A stretch of 64,000 nt of DNA from Candidatus Daviesbacteria bacterium (GCA_016184225.1 JACPDA010000004.1:538763-602762), one strand, 5' to 3'. Positions 45,148 through 56,663 are shown, counted from the first letter of the stretch. The notes: generated by a model from the letters alone, not told the origin. A program made the numbers and translations.

Positions 45148-48100
45148 TTGAAAAATATTTTCAAGAAATTATTAACATTTGTTACTTTTGCTTCTTTGCT
45201 GTTTAACTTAACTCTGCCTTATCTGGCAACTTCAGTGGCCTTGGCCCAGGAAGTAACCATTGAGCCAGCCCAGATCCAGGAAACCACACCAAGTCCTGCT
45301 CCCTCTGCTGCAGCTGAGCCGTCTGTTACCCCTTTGCCTTCTGTTAGTCCTGAACCAGAGTCTACACCGGAGCCGACCCCTGATCCCACTCCGGCAGCCA
45401 GTGCAGAACCAACTCCTGCACCTTCCGCGACTCCGGCTCCTCAAATAGATCCTCAAGTGGTTGAAGTTACCCCTTCTGCTACCGTGGCGCCATCAATCTG
45501 GAACAGTGTTGACGGTGGCTTTGAGACTAATAATAATGTAGTAGTTGGCGAGGAATATAGCTTCCCGCAAAATGACAAAGTCAAAGTTAAATTTACCGCC
45601 ATTTCCCAATCATCCGGAAAGCTCCTTATTAAGGAAGTCAAATTAACCACTGAGCAAATAGAGCAAACAGGGTCTCTTACTGATACGGCTTATGAAATTA
45701 CATCTACCATGACAGACGGCACTTTCTTTTATGATTTGACTTTGCCGATTCCACCGGAAGCACAAAATAAAGAGGTTGATGTCAAGTCTTCTGAAACAGT
45801 AGAAGAGGCAGGAAATGCCCAAAAGATGACGGAGCCGGAAGAGAAAACTGCCGATACCATCACAATCCACGGCTTAAACCACTTTACTGTTTTTGTCATC
45901 ACAACTCCAAGCCCGGATACTGCCCAGCGGGTATTAATAAATGAAATTTTACCTAATCCTTCTTCCGGTCCGGAATGGATTGAACTATATAATAATGGAA
46001 CCACTGAGATGAATTTTGATGCCGGCAGCGGTTGGACCATCCGCAACTCAGCCGGAAACAGCCAATCATTAAGTAGCCTGGGTACTATTGCAGTCGGTGG
46101 CAGGAAAGTTTTTGAAGCCCCGGCCGGATGGCTCAGTAACGCTGCCCCTGAAACAGTTACTATTTCCAATGAAAACGGGACAACTATTGATACGGTTACT
46201 GTGGCCCTTTCCTCTCCCGGGGTGGCTATTGACCACTATCCCCTGGCAGGGGAATCTGTCGGGAGAAGGTCAGACGGGGTGGCAGACTGGGTATTATTTA
46301 CCACCCCCTCAAAAGGGACAGCCAATGTGGTTGCTGTATCCAGCGGTAATTTAGCCCAAACCGGCCCGGTTAGCGGGACAAGCGGTTTCCCGACCTGGTA
46401 TAAAGACGGCAACGGTATAGCTCTTGATTTAATGGAGGCTGCAGACCCTAACGGAATATCTGAGGGTGTGGAAGCAGGCAATGCCTTTTCGGAACTGATT
46501 GGCTTTGGAGCTGAAGCATTCTGGTGGTCAGCAGAGGCTGATATTGAGACTTCAGCAGGTGGTGCCCTCCTGGTCCAGGCTATTGAAGCTGCTTTTGCCG
46601 GGGAATCTGCGGTGGACGGTGAACAATCTTCCTTTGCCAGGGTCAGGATCAGGATTGATGTAGCAGAACCCGGAACATACACCGTAACATATCCTTACGG
46701 ACAAAAAGTATATGTTGTGACAGAACCCGGGACGCGGGCAATTAATGATACGGTTGATATCGGTTGTTTTGCCGCTATTGGTGTTAACAGTTGTACTCAA
46801 GATGCCGCGCCTAACTTTTCCAGCTTATTGAATGGAGGGATCGGACCGTTCTTAACCTGGAATACCTTTAATGCAAATCCCGCCCTTTCTGATCCTTTGC
46901 TGTCAGTCGGTGGTAGAAGGTATATTGGTTTGGGTACGGCAGCACATGCGGTCACCGGTAGTCCGACCGGAAATAATTTCTTCCGGGTACAAGGACCTAA
47001 TATCGGCGGTCCGGGGGTAAATGTTATTCAAACAAATTTATTTACCGTTAGCGGTCGTTTGTCTGATACCAGCGCTCCAACCATTACATTATTCGGAAGC
47101 AACCCGGTTAGTATCCTGCAGAATGCTGACTATACAGATGCCGGAGCCACAGCCATTGATACTTTCGGCGGGAATCTAACTTCGAGTATTGTAGTCAGCG
47201 GCCTGCCTGTTAATACTTCAACTCTCGGCGCAAAAATCGTGACTTACACGGTCACCGACAATTTGGGTAACAGTGCATCCACTACCAGGACGGTTAACGT
47301 TGTTGAAGCACCTACAACAGATACAACCGATCCGGTGGTAACCGTTACCGGTTCAAATCCGGCAAGCGTGGTCCAGGGAACTACATATATAGATGCCGGT
47401 GCCACCTGTCTTGATAATGTTGACGGTGACTGTACAGCTTCAATTGGTACTACCGGACTGCCTATTAATACTGCAACCCTCGGTGCTAATACTGTCACCT
47501 ATACCGGCACTGATGCTGCCGGTAATGAGGGTACGGCTACCAGAACCGTTAATGTCATAGCTGATGCTGTTGATCCGGTAATTACTGTGCTTGGATCTGA
47601 TCCGGCCAATGTCTTTATTAATGCCGATTATACGGATGCCGGTGCCACTTGTTTGGATAATGTGGCAGGCAATTGTACGGCGGGTATTGTTACTACCGGG
47701 CTGCCGATAGATACATCCTCAGGCGGTGATCATACTGTAACTTATACGTTTACGGACTCAGCCGGTAATGTCGGCTCTGATACCCGGACCGTACATGTAG
47801 CTGCAACTTTACCTGACGGATTGGTAGAAACAGGTCCTGTGGGTGCGACAACGGGCTTCCCGGCCTGGTACAGGGATTCAAATAATCTGGCTTTGGATTT
47901 AATGGAAGCAGCTGATCCTAATGGTATCTCTGAGGGTGTGGAAGCAGGTAATGCCTTTTCTGAACTGATTGGCTTTGGAGCTGAAGCCTTTTGGTGGTCG
48001 GCAGAGGCTGATATGGAAACCTCCGGAGATAACGGGGCAATTTTAGTCCAGGCTATTGAGGCCGCCTTTGCCGGGGAATCAGCAGTAAATGGTGAACAAT

Positions 48101-50571
48101 CCGCTTTTGCCAGGATCAGGCTCAAGATTGATGTAGGTGAGCCTGGTACATACACAGTAACGTATCCTTATGGATCAAGAACATATACGGTGAGCACGGT
48201 GGATGATGGATTTGAAATTTTCGACACAAGCGACATCGGTTGCTTTGCCGCCATAGGGATTAACAGCTGTGAACAAGTAGCCGCTCCTAACTTCTCCAGC
48301 GTCCTAAGCGGCGAGATAGGTCCCTTCTTAACCTGGAATACCTTTAATGCTAATCCTTTACTTTCTGACCCCCTTCTGACAAATGCAGTTACCAATAGAA
48401 GATATGTTGGTTTGCCGGCAGTGGCTCATGCTGTTACAGGCAGCCCGACCGGCAATAACTTTTTTAGGATTGAAGGGCCGAATATCGGCGGTCCGGGGGT
48501 AAACAGCGTCCAGACTTCGCTCTTTGCCGTTAGCGGACGTGTAGTTGAACCGGTCGATGTAAGCGCCCCGGTAATTACCATACTTGGTGACAATCCGGCC
48601 TCGGTATTACGAAATGCCGCCTATACTGATTCAGGTGCTACAGCTACAGATGCTGAAGACGGGGACTTGACTCCTGATATTATTACTACCGGGTTGCCGG
48701 TTGATACCTCGGTCTTAGGTGCCCAGACCGTGACTTACAGTGTGACCGACGCTGACGATAATACTACGGAGGTGACCAGGACTGTTAATGTAACTGCGCC
48801 TGCAGCAGATACGACCGCCCCGGTGATAACCCGGTTGGGCACCAGCCCGGTGACGGTTACCGTCGGCAATGCCTATTCAGACGCTGGGGCAACCGCATTC
48901 GATAATATTGACGGGACTATTACAGCCAATATTGTAACTGTCAATCCGGTTAACACCTCAGTCGCCGGTACCTACACCGTTACTTATAATGTTTCCGATG
49001 CCGCCGGAAATGCTGCTGTGGAGGTAACCAGAACGGTTAATGTGGTGGCGACTGCCCCAACTACCGGTACTATTACAATAATTAAAGATGCCGTCTTAAA
49101 CATCGCCCAGGATTTTGAATACAGGCTGCGCAGCGGGGCTTTTGACCAGAGCTTTTTCCTGGATGACGATGCTGACTCCACACTTTCCAACAACAGGGTA
49201 TTTACAGGTCTTACCCCCGGTTCATTTGACTTGCAGGAGAATGGGGTTGGAGGATGGAGTGTGCTTTCCATCAGCTGCCAGGATGCTGATAATGGGACAA
49301 CTACAGACTTAAACTCAAGGACCGCCACAGTTGACCTGGATGCCGGGGAAAATGTTACTTGTACCTTTACCAACGCCCCAAGCAGGGCTATCTCCGGTAT
49401 GAAATTCAGTGATTTAGATAATGACGGCGTCAAGGATGCGGGCGAGCCGGGGTTATCCGGATGGACAATATTTATAGACACGGATGATGACGGAGTGCTG
49501 GACGCAGGTGAAACATCTGTAACCACAGGGGCTGATGGTACATATCAATTCACTGATGTCTCAAACGGCACGGTTAATGTCAGGGAAGTTGCCCGGGATA
49601 ACTGGGAACAAACTGCTCCTGTAGGCGGCAAATACACTTTAACTATGACCTCAAGTTCCAGCTTTATAAATAAAGATTTTGGTAATTCGCAAGTCTTCTC
49701 GGTGGGTGGTCAGGGAAGCTTTGTATCCACAGGAGGTACTTACGGTTCCACTACTTCAGTAATTTCCCAAGGGGTATCTACAATTACAGTCACGGCAGGA
49801 GGCGGTACCAGCACAATTACTATTCCTGATGGTACGGTTATAACCAGGACTGACGGTTCACCGATGGATATGTCGCTTTTGACATCGTCTATGCCTTCCG
49901 TATCCTCTATTTCCGGGTTAGGCAGTGGGGTAGCGGCTGACGGGGTATTGCAGTGGGGTATTCCGAATATAGGCCTCTCGTTTAATCCGGCCATCACTTT
50001 AAGTATCTTTTTAGGCACCTCATTTAACGGTCAGACTTTAAATATTCAAAGATCAGTAACCGGAACTTCCGGATGGACTTCTGACGGAATTGTCGCTCCG
50101 GCTACCTGCACAGTTTCAGCCGGTCTGTGTTCATTCCAGGCAACTAAGGCATCGTTTTATGCGCCTACTCATACAACTTCATCCTCAAGTTCTTCCAGTA
50201 GTTCGAGTTCTTCCAGCAGCTCCTCTTCCGGCTCCGGCGATGGGCTGTCAGATGGATTAGGGTGTGCAACTCATGATTGCAGCGGCAACGTTGTAGCGCC
50301 AGCAAGCGCCACTCCTTCATTTGAAGAAGAAGTGCTGGGTGAATCCAGTGCGGCTGGTGAAGGTGAAGATTTACCTGAAGTTTTGGGAGCTGAAGATGTG
50401 GGAGCGGATGGGAATGTAGGAATTGGGGGAGGGAATTTACTAGAGCAGCAAGTCATAGGGGGGCAATCTATTTTCGGATACTTGTTAAGCCAGAGGGTAT
50501 TACTTGGAATATTAGCCGGCCTGATTGTAATGTTTGTAGCGAATAAACTCTATATTGCCAAACCCTCATAG
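45148..50571 (+). CDS. Giant cell-surface protein: signal peptide, Pro/Thr/Ala-rich linker, lamin-tail domain, a duplicated ~240-aa module, six DUF5011-like Ig repeats, Cna-B/SdrD-B-like domains, poly-Ser tract, C-terminal TM anchor
   Basis: LTD motif VLINEILPNPSSGPEWIELYNNG. The two long modules are about 75 percent identical (nt about 46340-47060 and 47820-48540). Repeats of the PVITxLGSNP...YTDAGATAxD type. FSDLDNDGVKDAGEPGLSGW (Cna-B-like). S18 run. C-terminal LLGILAGLIVMFVANKLYIAKPS. Confidence 0.7.
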   Translation: MKNIFKKLLTFVTFASLLFNLTLPYLATSVALAQEVTIEPAQIQETTPSPAPSAAAEPSVTPLPSVSPEPESTPEPTPDPTPAASAEPTPAPSATPAPQIDPQVVEVTPSATVAPSIWNSVDGGFETNNNVVVGEEYSFPQNDKVKVKFTAISQSSGKLLIKEVKLTTEQIEQTGSLTDTAYEITSTMTDGTFFYDLTLPIPPEAQNKEVDVKSSETVEEAGNAQKMTEPEEKTADTITIHGLNHFTVFVITTPSPDTAQRVLINEILPNPSSGPEWIELYNNGTTEMNFDAGSGWTIRNSAGNSQSLSSLGTIAVGGRKVFEAPAGWLSNAAPETVTISNENGTTIDTVTVALSSPGVAIDHYPLAGESVGRRSDGVADWVLFTTPSKGTANVVAVSSGNLAQTGPVSGTSGFPTWYKDGNGIALDLMEAADPNGISEGVEAGNAFSELIGFGAEAFWWSAEADIETSAGGALLVQAIEAAFAGESAVDGEQSSFARVRIRIDVAEPGTYTVTYPYGQKVYVVTEPGTRAINDTVDIGCFAAIGVNSCTQDAAPNFSSLLNGGIGPFLTWNTFNANPALSDPLLSVGGRRYIGLGTAAHAVTGSPTGNNFFRVQGPNIGGPGVNVIQTNLFTVSGRLSDTSAPTITLFGSNPVSILQNADYTDAGATAIDTFGGNLTSSIVVSGLPVNTSTLGAKIVTYTVTDNLGNSASTTRTVNVVEAPTTDTTDPVVTVTGSNPASVVQGTTYIDAGATCLDNVDGDCTASIGTTGLPINTATLGANTVTYTGTDAAGNEGTATRTVNVIADAVDPVITVLGSDPANVFINADYTDAGATCLDNVAGNCTAGIVTTGLPIDTSSGGDHTVTYTFTDSAGNVGSDTRTVHVAATLPDGLVETGPVGATTGFPAWYRDSNNLALDLMEAADPNGISEGVEAGNAFSELIGFGAEAFWWSAEADMETSGDNGAILVQAIEAAFAGESAVNGEQSAFARIRLKIDVGEPGTYTVTYPYGSRTYTVSTVDDGFEIFDTSDIGCFAAIGINSCEQVAAPNFSSVLSGEIGPFLTWNTFNANPLLSDPLLTNAVTNRRYVGLPAVAHAVTGSPTGNNFFRIEGPNIGGPGVNSVQTSLFAVSGRVVEPVDVSAPVITILGDNPASVLRNAAYTDSGATATDAEDGDLTPDIITTGLPVDTSVLGAQTVTYSVTDADDNTTEVTRTVNVTAPAADTTAPVITRLGTSPVTVTVGNAYSDAGATAFDNIDGTITANIVTVNPVNTSVAGTYTVTYNVSDAAGNAAVEVTRTVNVVATAPTTGTITIIKDAVLNIAQDFEYRLRSGAFDQSFFLDDDADSTLSNNRVFTGLTPGSFDLQENGVGGWSVLSISCQDADNGTTTDLNSRTATVDLDAGENVTCTFTNAPSRAISGMKFSDLDNDGVKDAGEPGLSGWTIFIDTDDDGVLDAGETSVTTGADGTYQFTDVSNGTVNVREVARDNWEQTAPVGGKYTLTMTSSSSFINKDFGNSQVFSVGGQGSFVSTGGTYGSTTSVISQGVSTITVTAGGGTSTITIPDGTVITRTDGSPMDMSLLTSSMPSVSSISGLGSGVAADGVLQWGIPNIGLSFNPAITLSIFLGTSFNGQTLNIQRSVTGTSGWTSDGIVAPATCTVSAGLCSFQATKASFYAPTHTTSSSSSSSSSSSSSSSSSGSGDGLSDGLGCATHDCSGNVVAPASATPSFEEEVLGESSAAGEGEDLPEVLGAEDVGADGNVGIGGGNLLEQQVIGGQSIFGYLLSQRVLLGILAGLIVMFVANKLYIAKPS

Positions 50572-50972
50572 GCGTAGTAGTCGCCGTAACTTTCTACACA
50601 AACAACTGGTGTATTTTTGAGCATATTGGCTGCATGCTTTGGTGATTTAATCCACATTTCAACTGCGTTATGCTTTGATGTCCGGGCCAAATTCTCAGTA
50701 GCCAGCTTGTAGCGGGGATAAGGCATGGATTTGCTTTTTGCCCTGTCATAGAAGCCGTTATGGGTAAAATCGGTTGAGATCTCTTTAACACGAAGAGCAG
50801 CAAAACTGCAGGTTAAGGGATCGGCTTGGACTGCCGGGATGTTTTTTGAGGCGCGGAATTGGTTGATCTGTGTAATTATTTCCTGGTTATCGGCGAAAGC
50901 AGGTTTGGTAAATATCACAGCACTCAAAAGGTAAAAAATAACTCCAGTTATTAGTAGGAGCGCATGGATCAT
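50550..50972 (-). CDS. CAP/SCP-like (YkwD family) secreted protein
   Basis: Signal anchor followed by FRASKN...HNGF...NLAR...MWIKSPKHAANML, CAP-like motifs. Confidence 0.5.
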   Translation of the reverse strand: MIHALLLITGVIFYLLSAVIFTKPAFADNQEIITQINQFRASKNIPAVQADPLTCSFAALRVKEISTDFTHNGFYDRAKSKSMPYPRYKLATENLARTSKHNAVEMWIKSPKHAANMLKNTPVVCVESYGDYYAYEGLAI

Positions 50973-51059
50973 GTAAGAGGATCATAAGAACTTTGTAAGA
51001 GATTGTCAAGAAAAGTCTTTTCTTCGGATTTTGTTTGGCCTGTGATAAAATAGACTGTC

Positions 51060-53081
51060 ATGCCGAAGTTTCAGATTGTTTCCGATTTTAAGCCCACCGG
51101 GGATCAGCCGCAAGCTGTTAACAAGCTGGTGGTAGGCCTCAAGCAGGGTAGACAACATCAGGTCCTTCTTGGGGTAACAGGCTCTGGCAAGACTTTTACC
51201 ATGGCCAATGTGATTGAAAAAGTGCAGAAACCGACCCTGATTATTTCCCACAATAAAACTCTGGCAGGGCAGCTGGCCCAGGAATTCCGCTCGCTTTTTC
51301 CCGAAAATGCCGTGGAGTACTTTGTTTCCTACTATGATTATTACCAACCGGAAGCTTATATTCCCCAATCTGATACTTATATTGAAAAAGATGCTTCCAT
51401 CAATGAAGAGATTGAAAAACTGCGGCTGGCTACTACTGCCTCTTTGCTCACCCGCCGGGATGTAGTAGTGGTGGCTTCTGTTTCCTGTATCTACAACTTG
51501 GGTTCACCAATTGAATACGGCCAGGCCATTTTGGAAATCGGCCAAGGCATGAAAGCTGGGATGGCTCAGGTGATGAAAATTCTGCAGAAGATGTATTACG
51601 AGAGAAATGACATAGATTTCAAGAGAGGTTCATACCGGGTGCGGGGGGATACGATCGATATTTTCCCATCCTACATGGATCAAGGTTACAGGTTACAGTT
51701 TTTAGGCGACAGGTTGGAAAAACTAGGTAAGCTGGAGGTGGTAACAGGAAATACCGAGGAAGTGTTCGGGACCCAGGTAGTTTATCCGGCCAAGCACTAT
51801 ATTACTCCGGAACAGCGGGTGGTCCCGGGAGTTAAACAAATAGAAGCTGATCTAGAGTCTAGAGTCAAGAGTCTAGAGTCTAGTGGGAAGCTGGTGGAGG
51901 CGCAAAGGCTGGAACAGCGGACTAATTATGATTTGGAGATGATCAGACAGTTTGGCTATTGTAACGGCATTGAGAATTACTCCCGTTATTTTGATGGTAG
52001 GGAGCCCGGAGAGCCGCCTTATACTTTGCTTAACTATTTCCCCAAGGATTTCCTGGTTATTATTGATGAGTCGCATATTACCATCCCGCAGATTAGGGGA
52101 ATGTACAACGGAGACAGGTCCAGGAAAGAAACATTAATTGACTTTGGTTTCAGGCTGCCTTCAGCTTTGGATAATAGGCCTCTCCGGTTTGATGAATTTA
52201 TGAGGAATGTAAACCAGGCCATTTACACTTCAGCTACCCCGGATGAGTATGAATTATCACTGGCTCGAAGCTCCACTCCCGGTGTGTCAAGTCAATTCCA
52301 CACCGGGAGTGTAAGTTCAGATGGTGTAGCCGAACAGTTGGTCAGGCCAACCGGAATTTTGGATCCGCAAATTTCCGTTCGGCCGATTAAGGGCCAAATT
52401 GAGAACTTGATGAAGGAAATTAAGAAGCGGGTAGCAAAGCACGAGCGGGTTCTGGTAACAACTTTGACTAAAAGGATGGCAGAAGACCTGGCGGAGTATT
52501 TGCATGATAAAGGGATTAAAGTGCATTACCTGCACTCGGATGTTAAAACCCTGGAAAGAAGCGACATCCTAGCTTCCCTCAGGATGGGAGAATATGATGT
52601 GATTGTGGGGATCAACCTTCTTCGGGAGGGCTTGGACTTGCCGGAAGTGTCATTAGTAGCAATTTTGGATGCTGATAAGGAGGGGTTTTTGCGTTCCCGA
52701 ACCTCTTTGATCCAAACCATGGGACGGGCTGCCAGGCATATTAAGGGTCAGGTAATTATGTATGCCGATGTTGTCACTGGCTCCATGAAAGCAGCTATTG
52801 ATGAGGTGGCAAGAAGAAGACAGTACCAGCATGGTTACAATAAAAAGCACAAGATTATCCCCAGAAATATTGAAAAGGCCCTCCGGGAGAGGCTGATTGA
52901 GAAAGTAGAAGAGTTGGAGGTGAGTTTAGGTAAAAAAGAACTGACTGTGGAGGATATTCCGGAAAAAGAGCGGGGAAAAATGATCAAGAACCTGGAAGCC
53001 CAAATGAAACAAGCTGCAGAACTTCTAGATTTTGAAGAAGCAGCCAAACTCCGCGATCAGATCAAAGAGCTCCAAGTCTAA
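51060..53081 (+). CDS. uvrB: Excinuclease ABC subunit B
   Basis: Helicase motifs ([12 protein letters not shown]) and a C-terminal UvrB/UvrC interaction motif ([14 protein letters not shown]). Carries a GAGTC-repeat segment at 51851..51883 and a 38-nt palindrome at 52274..52311, both in frame. Confidence 0.9.
   Translation: MPKFQIVSDFKPTGDQPQAVNKLVVGLKQGRQHQVLLGVTGSGKTFTMANVIEKVQKPTLIISHNKTLAGQLAQEFRSLFPENAVEYFVSYYDYYQPEAYIPQSDTYIEKDASINEEIEKLRLATTASLLTRRDVVVVASVSCIYNLGSPIEYGQAILEIGQGMKAGMAQVMKILQKMYYERNDIDFKRGSYRVRGDTIDIFPSYMDQGYRLQFLGDRLEKLGKLEVVTGNTEEVFGTQVVYPAKHYITPEQRVVPGVKQIEADLESRVKSLESSGKLVEAQRLEQRTNYDLEMIRQFGYCNGIENYSRYFDGREPGEPPYTLLNYFPKDFLVIIDESHITIPQIRGMYNGDRSRKETLIDFGFRLPSALDNRPLRFDEFMRNVNQAIYTSATPDEYELSLARSSTPGVSSQFHTGSVSSDGVAEQLVRPTGILDPQISVRPIKGQIENLMKEIKKRVAKHERVLVTTLTKRMAEDLAEYLHDKGIKVHYLHSDVKTLERSDILASLRMGEYDVIVGINLLREGLDLPEVSLVAILDADKEGFLRSRTSLIQTMGRAARHIKGQVIMYADVVTGSMKAAIDEVARRRQYQHGYNKKHKIIPRNIEKALRERLIEKVEELEVSLGKKELTVEDIPEKERGKMIKNLEAQMKQAAELLDFEEAAKLRDQIKELQV
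51851..51883. repeat. GAGTC/CTAG-rich repeat element inside uvrB
   Basis: tctagagtctagagtcaagagtctagagtctag, read as [11 protein letters not shown]. Confidence 0.7.
52274..52311. repeat. 38-nt palindromic element inside uvrB
   Basis: cactcccggtgtgtcaagtcaattccacaccgggagtg. Identical to 60898..60935. Confidence 0.75.
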
Positions 53082-53169
53082 CCCCTATTCAAATCTTGCA
53101 AAATAAGTTAAAATAGATGCTTAATTTCGGGAAAAATTCGTCCTTCGACGTTGCTCAGGATTATAACCT

Positions 53170-56097
53170 ATGGCTATAGACAAAATTATCATCAAAGGTG
53201 CTAGAGAGCATAATCTCAAAAATATTGACCTGGAAATTCCCAAGAACAAATTGGTGGTTTTGACTGGTATTTCCGGTTCAGGCAAGTCTTCTTTGGCTTT
53301 TGATACCCTTTATGCGGAAGGGCAGCGCAGATATGTGGAATCCCTTTCTTCCTATGCCAGGCAGTTTTTAGGGGTGATGGATAAGCCTGATGTGGATTTG
53401 ATTGAAGGGCTTTCTCCGGCCATCTCCATTGACCAAAAAGGTGTTTCTCACAATCCCAGATCTACAGTCGGTACCACCACAGAAATATATGACTATTTAA
53501 GGTTATTGTTTGCCCGGGTTGGCCATCCCCATTGTCCCATTTGCGGCCGGGAGATTTCCAAGATGTCAGTGGAACAGATTGTGGAAAGAGTGACTAGTGG
53601 CAAGAGTCTAGAGTCTAGTAAAAAAGGTATGAGAATAATGATTTTGGCCCCTGTAGTGAAGGACAGAAAAGGGGAATATACACAATTATTTGAAGATTTC
53701 CGGAAGAAAGGTTTTTCTAAGGCTAGGATTGACGGGCAAGTTAGGAACCTCTCCGATGATTTAGTCTTAATTAAAACCAACAAACACACGATTGATTTAG
53801 TGATAGATCGTCTAGTAATAGAGTCAAGAGTCAAGAGTCAAGAGTCAAGTGAATCGCAGTCTAGACTCTCGATTCTAGCGACTAGACTCTTGCAATCTGT
53901 TGAAACAGCACTCAAATTAGGAGAAGGGTCTGTAATTGTGTCCGAAGTTCTAGACGTTGCTTTGGAATTTCCTCAGAACCCCAAGAAAATGAGCGATCAT
54001 CTTTACTCTGAACGATTCGCTTGCCCAGTAGATAATATTTCCCTTCCCGAGATCGAACCAAGGCTGTTATCTTTTAATTCTCCTCATGGGGCTTGTTCCG
54101 GCTGCGCCGGATTGGGAACACTGCTCGAGATAGATGAAAAGGCTATTTTAAACCCCATTCTTTCAATCGCGGAAGGTGGGATACTCCCCTGGTCAAAATT
54201 GGCCAGCAATGACACTTGGTTTACCAGACTAATCCAGGCTGTTGGAAAGGAATACGGATTTGATTTAAATACCAGGCTGGGGAATTTAACAGCTGAAGCT
54301 CGGAAAATCCTACTTTTTGGGGCAAAAGATGAGCAGTTTAAAGTAGAAGGCAGGAACAGACAGGGCAGATGGACCCATTTTTATTCTGAATTTGTCGGAC
54401 TGGTAGCATACCTTAAGCAAAGATACCAGGAAACTGAGTCAGACTTTGTCAAAGCTGAAATAGAGAAGTACATGTTTAAGGAGACCTGTCCAAAGTGTAA
54501 GGGTGCCAGGTTAAAGGATGAGGCTTTGTCAATCACCATAGAGGGATCAAATATTGCTGAGGTAACTAGCCAATCAATAGTTCAGAGCTTAGAGTGGATA
54601 AAAAATATTAGGCTCTCTGATCGGGAAAACCAAATTGCCACTCCGGTATTGAAAGAAATTAAATCCCGGCTGCAGTTTTTAATTGATGTTGGTTTGGATT
54701 ATTTAACTTTGGATCGGGCTTCCATGAGCTTAGCCGGCGGAGAATCACAGCGGATCAGGTTGGCTTCCCAAATCGGCTCCGGGTTATCCGGAGTTTTGTA
54801 TGTCTTGGATGAACCGTCCATTGGCCTGCACCAACGGGATAATTCCAGGCTGATTGAAACCTTGAAGAGATTAAAAAACCTGGGCAATACAGTTATTGTT
54901 AATGAGCATGACACGGAAACCATGGAGGCGGCGGATTTATTAATAGAAATCGGGCCGGGAGCAGGCGAGCATGGAGGGATGATTGTTTTTATCGGCACCC
55001 CCGCAGAGATTAAAAAAAGTGAAACATCTTTAACAGGCCAATATCTTTCAGGCAGGAAGCAGGTTAAAGTAGCAGATGAGTTAAAAAGGGAACCGGTAAA
55101 AATGGGTACTTTGAAGATTCTCGGAGCCAGCCAGCATAACTTAAAAAACATTAATGTCTCTTTTCCTTTGGGAAGATTCATAGCCGTAACCGGTGTTTCA
55201 GGTTCAGGCAAGTCAACTTTGATTCACGATATTCTATATAAAGCATTGGCACAAAAAGTTTACCGCTCCCGAGAGAAAGCCGGATCCCACAAAGGCATGG
55301 AAGGGGTAGAAAACTTGGATAAGGTAGTATTGGTGGATCAATCGCCTATTGGTAGGACTCCCCGCTCAAATCCGGCAACTTATACCGGAGCTTTTACTTT
55401 CATCAGAGAACTATTTTCTGAGAGCCCGGAAGCTAAAATCAGGGGTTATGGGCCTGGCAGGTTTTCTTTTAATGTTAAAGGCGGCAGGTGTGAGGTTTGC
55501 GAAGGTGAAGGGACTTTAAAAATTGAAATGCAGTTTTTACCGGATGTTTATGTCACGTGTGAAGCCTGCAACGGAGCCAGGTATAACCGGGAGGCTTTGG
55601 AGATTCATTTTAAGGATAAAAACATTGCCGAAGTGCTGGATATGACAGTTGAGGAAGCCTTAAAGTTTTTTGAAAACATCCCGCAGATAAAAAACAAGCT
55701 GCAGGTTTTGTTTGATGTTGGTTTGGGTTATATCAGGTTAGGCCAACCTGCGCCTACTCTTTCAGGAGGCGAGGCCCAACGGATTAAGCTTTCTGCGGAG
55801 TTATCTAAGCGTTCAACCGGGCAGACCATGTATATCCTGGATGAACCAACTACTGGCCTTCATATGGCAGATATTGAAAGGTTATTAACTATCCTGCGAA
55901 AGCTGGTTAATTTTGGCAATACAGTAGTGATTATTGAACATAATTTGGATGTAATTAAAAATACCGATTGGGTAATTGATTTGGGGCCGGAAGGCGGGGA
56001 TAAAGGTGGTAAAGTAGTAGCAGAGGGAACTCCTGCAGAATTAGCCAAAGCTAAAGATTCCTACACCGGCCAATATCTGGCAAAAATTTTGCACTAA
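53170..56097 (+). CDS. uvrA: Excinuclease ABC subunit A
   Basis: Two ABC ATPase modules ([20 protein letters not shown]) and zinc-finger Cys pairs. In-frame GAGTC-repeat insertions at 53593..53619 and 53811..53893. Confidence 0.9.
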   Translation: MAIDKIIIKGAREHNLKNIDLEIPKNKLVVLTGISGSGKSSLAFDTLYAEGQRRYVESLSSYARQFLGVMDKPDVDLIEGLSPAISIDQKGVSHNPRSTVGTTTEIYDYLRLLFARVGHPHCPICGREISKMSVEQIVERVTSGKSLESSKKGMRIMILAPVVKDRKGEYTQLFEDFRKKGFSKARIDGQVRNLSDDLVLIKTNKHTIDLVIDRLVIESRVKSQESSESQSRLSILATRLLQSVETALKLGEGSVIVSEVLDVALEFPQNPKKMSDHLYSERFACPVDNISLPEIEPRLLSFNSPHGACSGCAGLGTLLEIDEKAILNPILSIAEGGILPWSKLASNDTWFTRLIQAVGKEYGFDLNTRLGNLTAEARKILLFGAKDEQFKVEGRNRQGRWTHFYSEFVGLVAYLKQRYQETESDFVKAEIEKYMFKETCPKCKGARLKDEALSITIEGSNIAEVTSQSIVQSLEWIKNIRLSDRENQIATPVLKEIKSRLQFLIDVGLDYLTLDRASMSLAGGESQRIRLASQIGSGLSGVLYVLDEPSIGLHQRDNSRLIETLKRLKNLGNTVIVNEHDTETMEAADLLIEIGPGAGEHGGMIVFIGTPAEIKKSETSLTGQYLSGRKQVKVADELKREPVKMGTLKILGASQHNLKNINVSFPLGRFIAVTGVSGSGKSTLIHDILYKALAQKVYRSREKAGSHKGMEGVENLDKVVLVDQSPIGRTPRSNPATYTGAFTFIRELFSESPEAKIRGYGPGRFSFNVKGGRCEVCEGEGTLKIEMQFLPDVYVTCEACNGARYNREALEIHFKDKNIAEVLDMTVEEALKFFENIPQIKNKLQVLFDVGLGYIRLGQPAPTLSGGEAQRIKLSAELSKRSTGQTMYILDEPTTGLHMADIERLLTILRKLVNFGNTVVIIEHNLDVIKNTDWVIDLGPEGGDKGGKVVAEGTPAELAKAKDSYTGQYLAKILH
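53593..53619. repeat. GAGTC/CTAG-rich repeat element inside uvrA (first site)
   Basis: gactagtggcaagagtctagagtctagt, read as TSGKSLESS. Confidence 0.65.
53811..53893. repeat. GAGTC/CTAG-rich repeat element inside uvrA (second site; 4x tandem gagtcaa plus a palindromic arm)
   Basis: tctagtaatagagtcaagagtcaagagtcaagagtcaagtgaatcgcagtctagactctcgattctagcgactagactcttg, read as [23 protein letters not shown]. Confidence 0.75.
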
Positions 56098-56116
56098 AAT
56101 TCTACTCCTAAGAGAG

Positions 56117-56548
56117 TTAATGAGGAATTCTTAGAAAACGCATTAGCCGTCTATCAGGCCTAGATCCTTTTGGGTCAAATTTGCTTATTCGGGCAACAAG
56201 ATCATTGGGTAATACTTTAGCAGAATTTAGTATTGTGGTAATCATATCAGCGGTATCATCTGGACCGTAATTACCTGTGAAAAAGTATGCATTCTTTTTT
56301 CCTAATACAACAGTTGTCGGAAATCTTTCAATGTTAATCCTCTTTGCCTGTCTCCAATGATACATTAGAGGATCATAGCCGACAGTAATCCTGCCAACCC
56401 TTATTCCTTCTAACTGTTCGGAGATAGTATCAAGTACACTCACATAAGCATCACAATTACAACAGCCCTGTAACATGAAAGCCAGGACAAAATTTTTGCC
56501 TTTAAGAAAGTTAGGTAAATTAGATTTGCTAAGAATTTCAACTGGCAT
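56117..56548 (-). CDS. Thioredoxin-fold protein (CxxC = CCNC)
   Basis: FVLAFMLQGCCNCDAY in a layout resembling thiol-disulfide oxidoreductases. Confidence 0.4.
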   Translation of the reverse strand: MPVEILSKSNLPNFLKGKNFVLAFMLQGCCNCDAYVSVLDTISEQLEGIRVGRITVGYDPLMYHWRQAKRINIERFPTTVVLGKKNAYFFTGNYGPDDTADMITTILNSAKVLPNDLVARISKFDPKGSRPDRRLMRFLRIPH

Positions 56549-56663
56549 GATAGCCTATATTAGTATAGTGAGTCTACAGATTCAAGTATTAACTTTAACA
56601 AATTTTTAGCTTGCAACCTTTCAGGTTGAAGCGTAAATTTAGCGTAACACAGAGGTTGGGTTT

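Noticed and set aside
53821-53850. Four tandem gagtcaa units that superficially resemble a short repeat array
   Set aside because: Units are only 7 nt with no spacers, lie inside uvrA in frame, and belong to the dispersed GAGTC element family. This is not a CRISPR array. No CRISPR repeats or cas genes were seen anywhere in the window.
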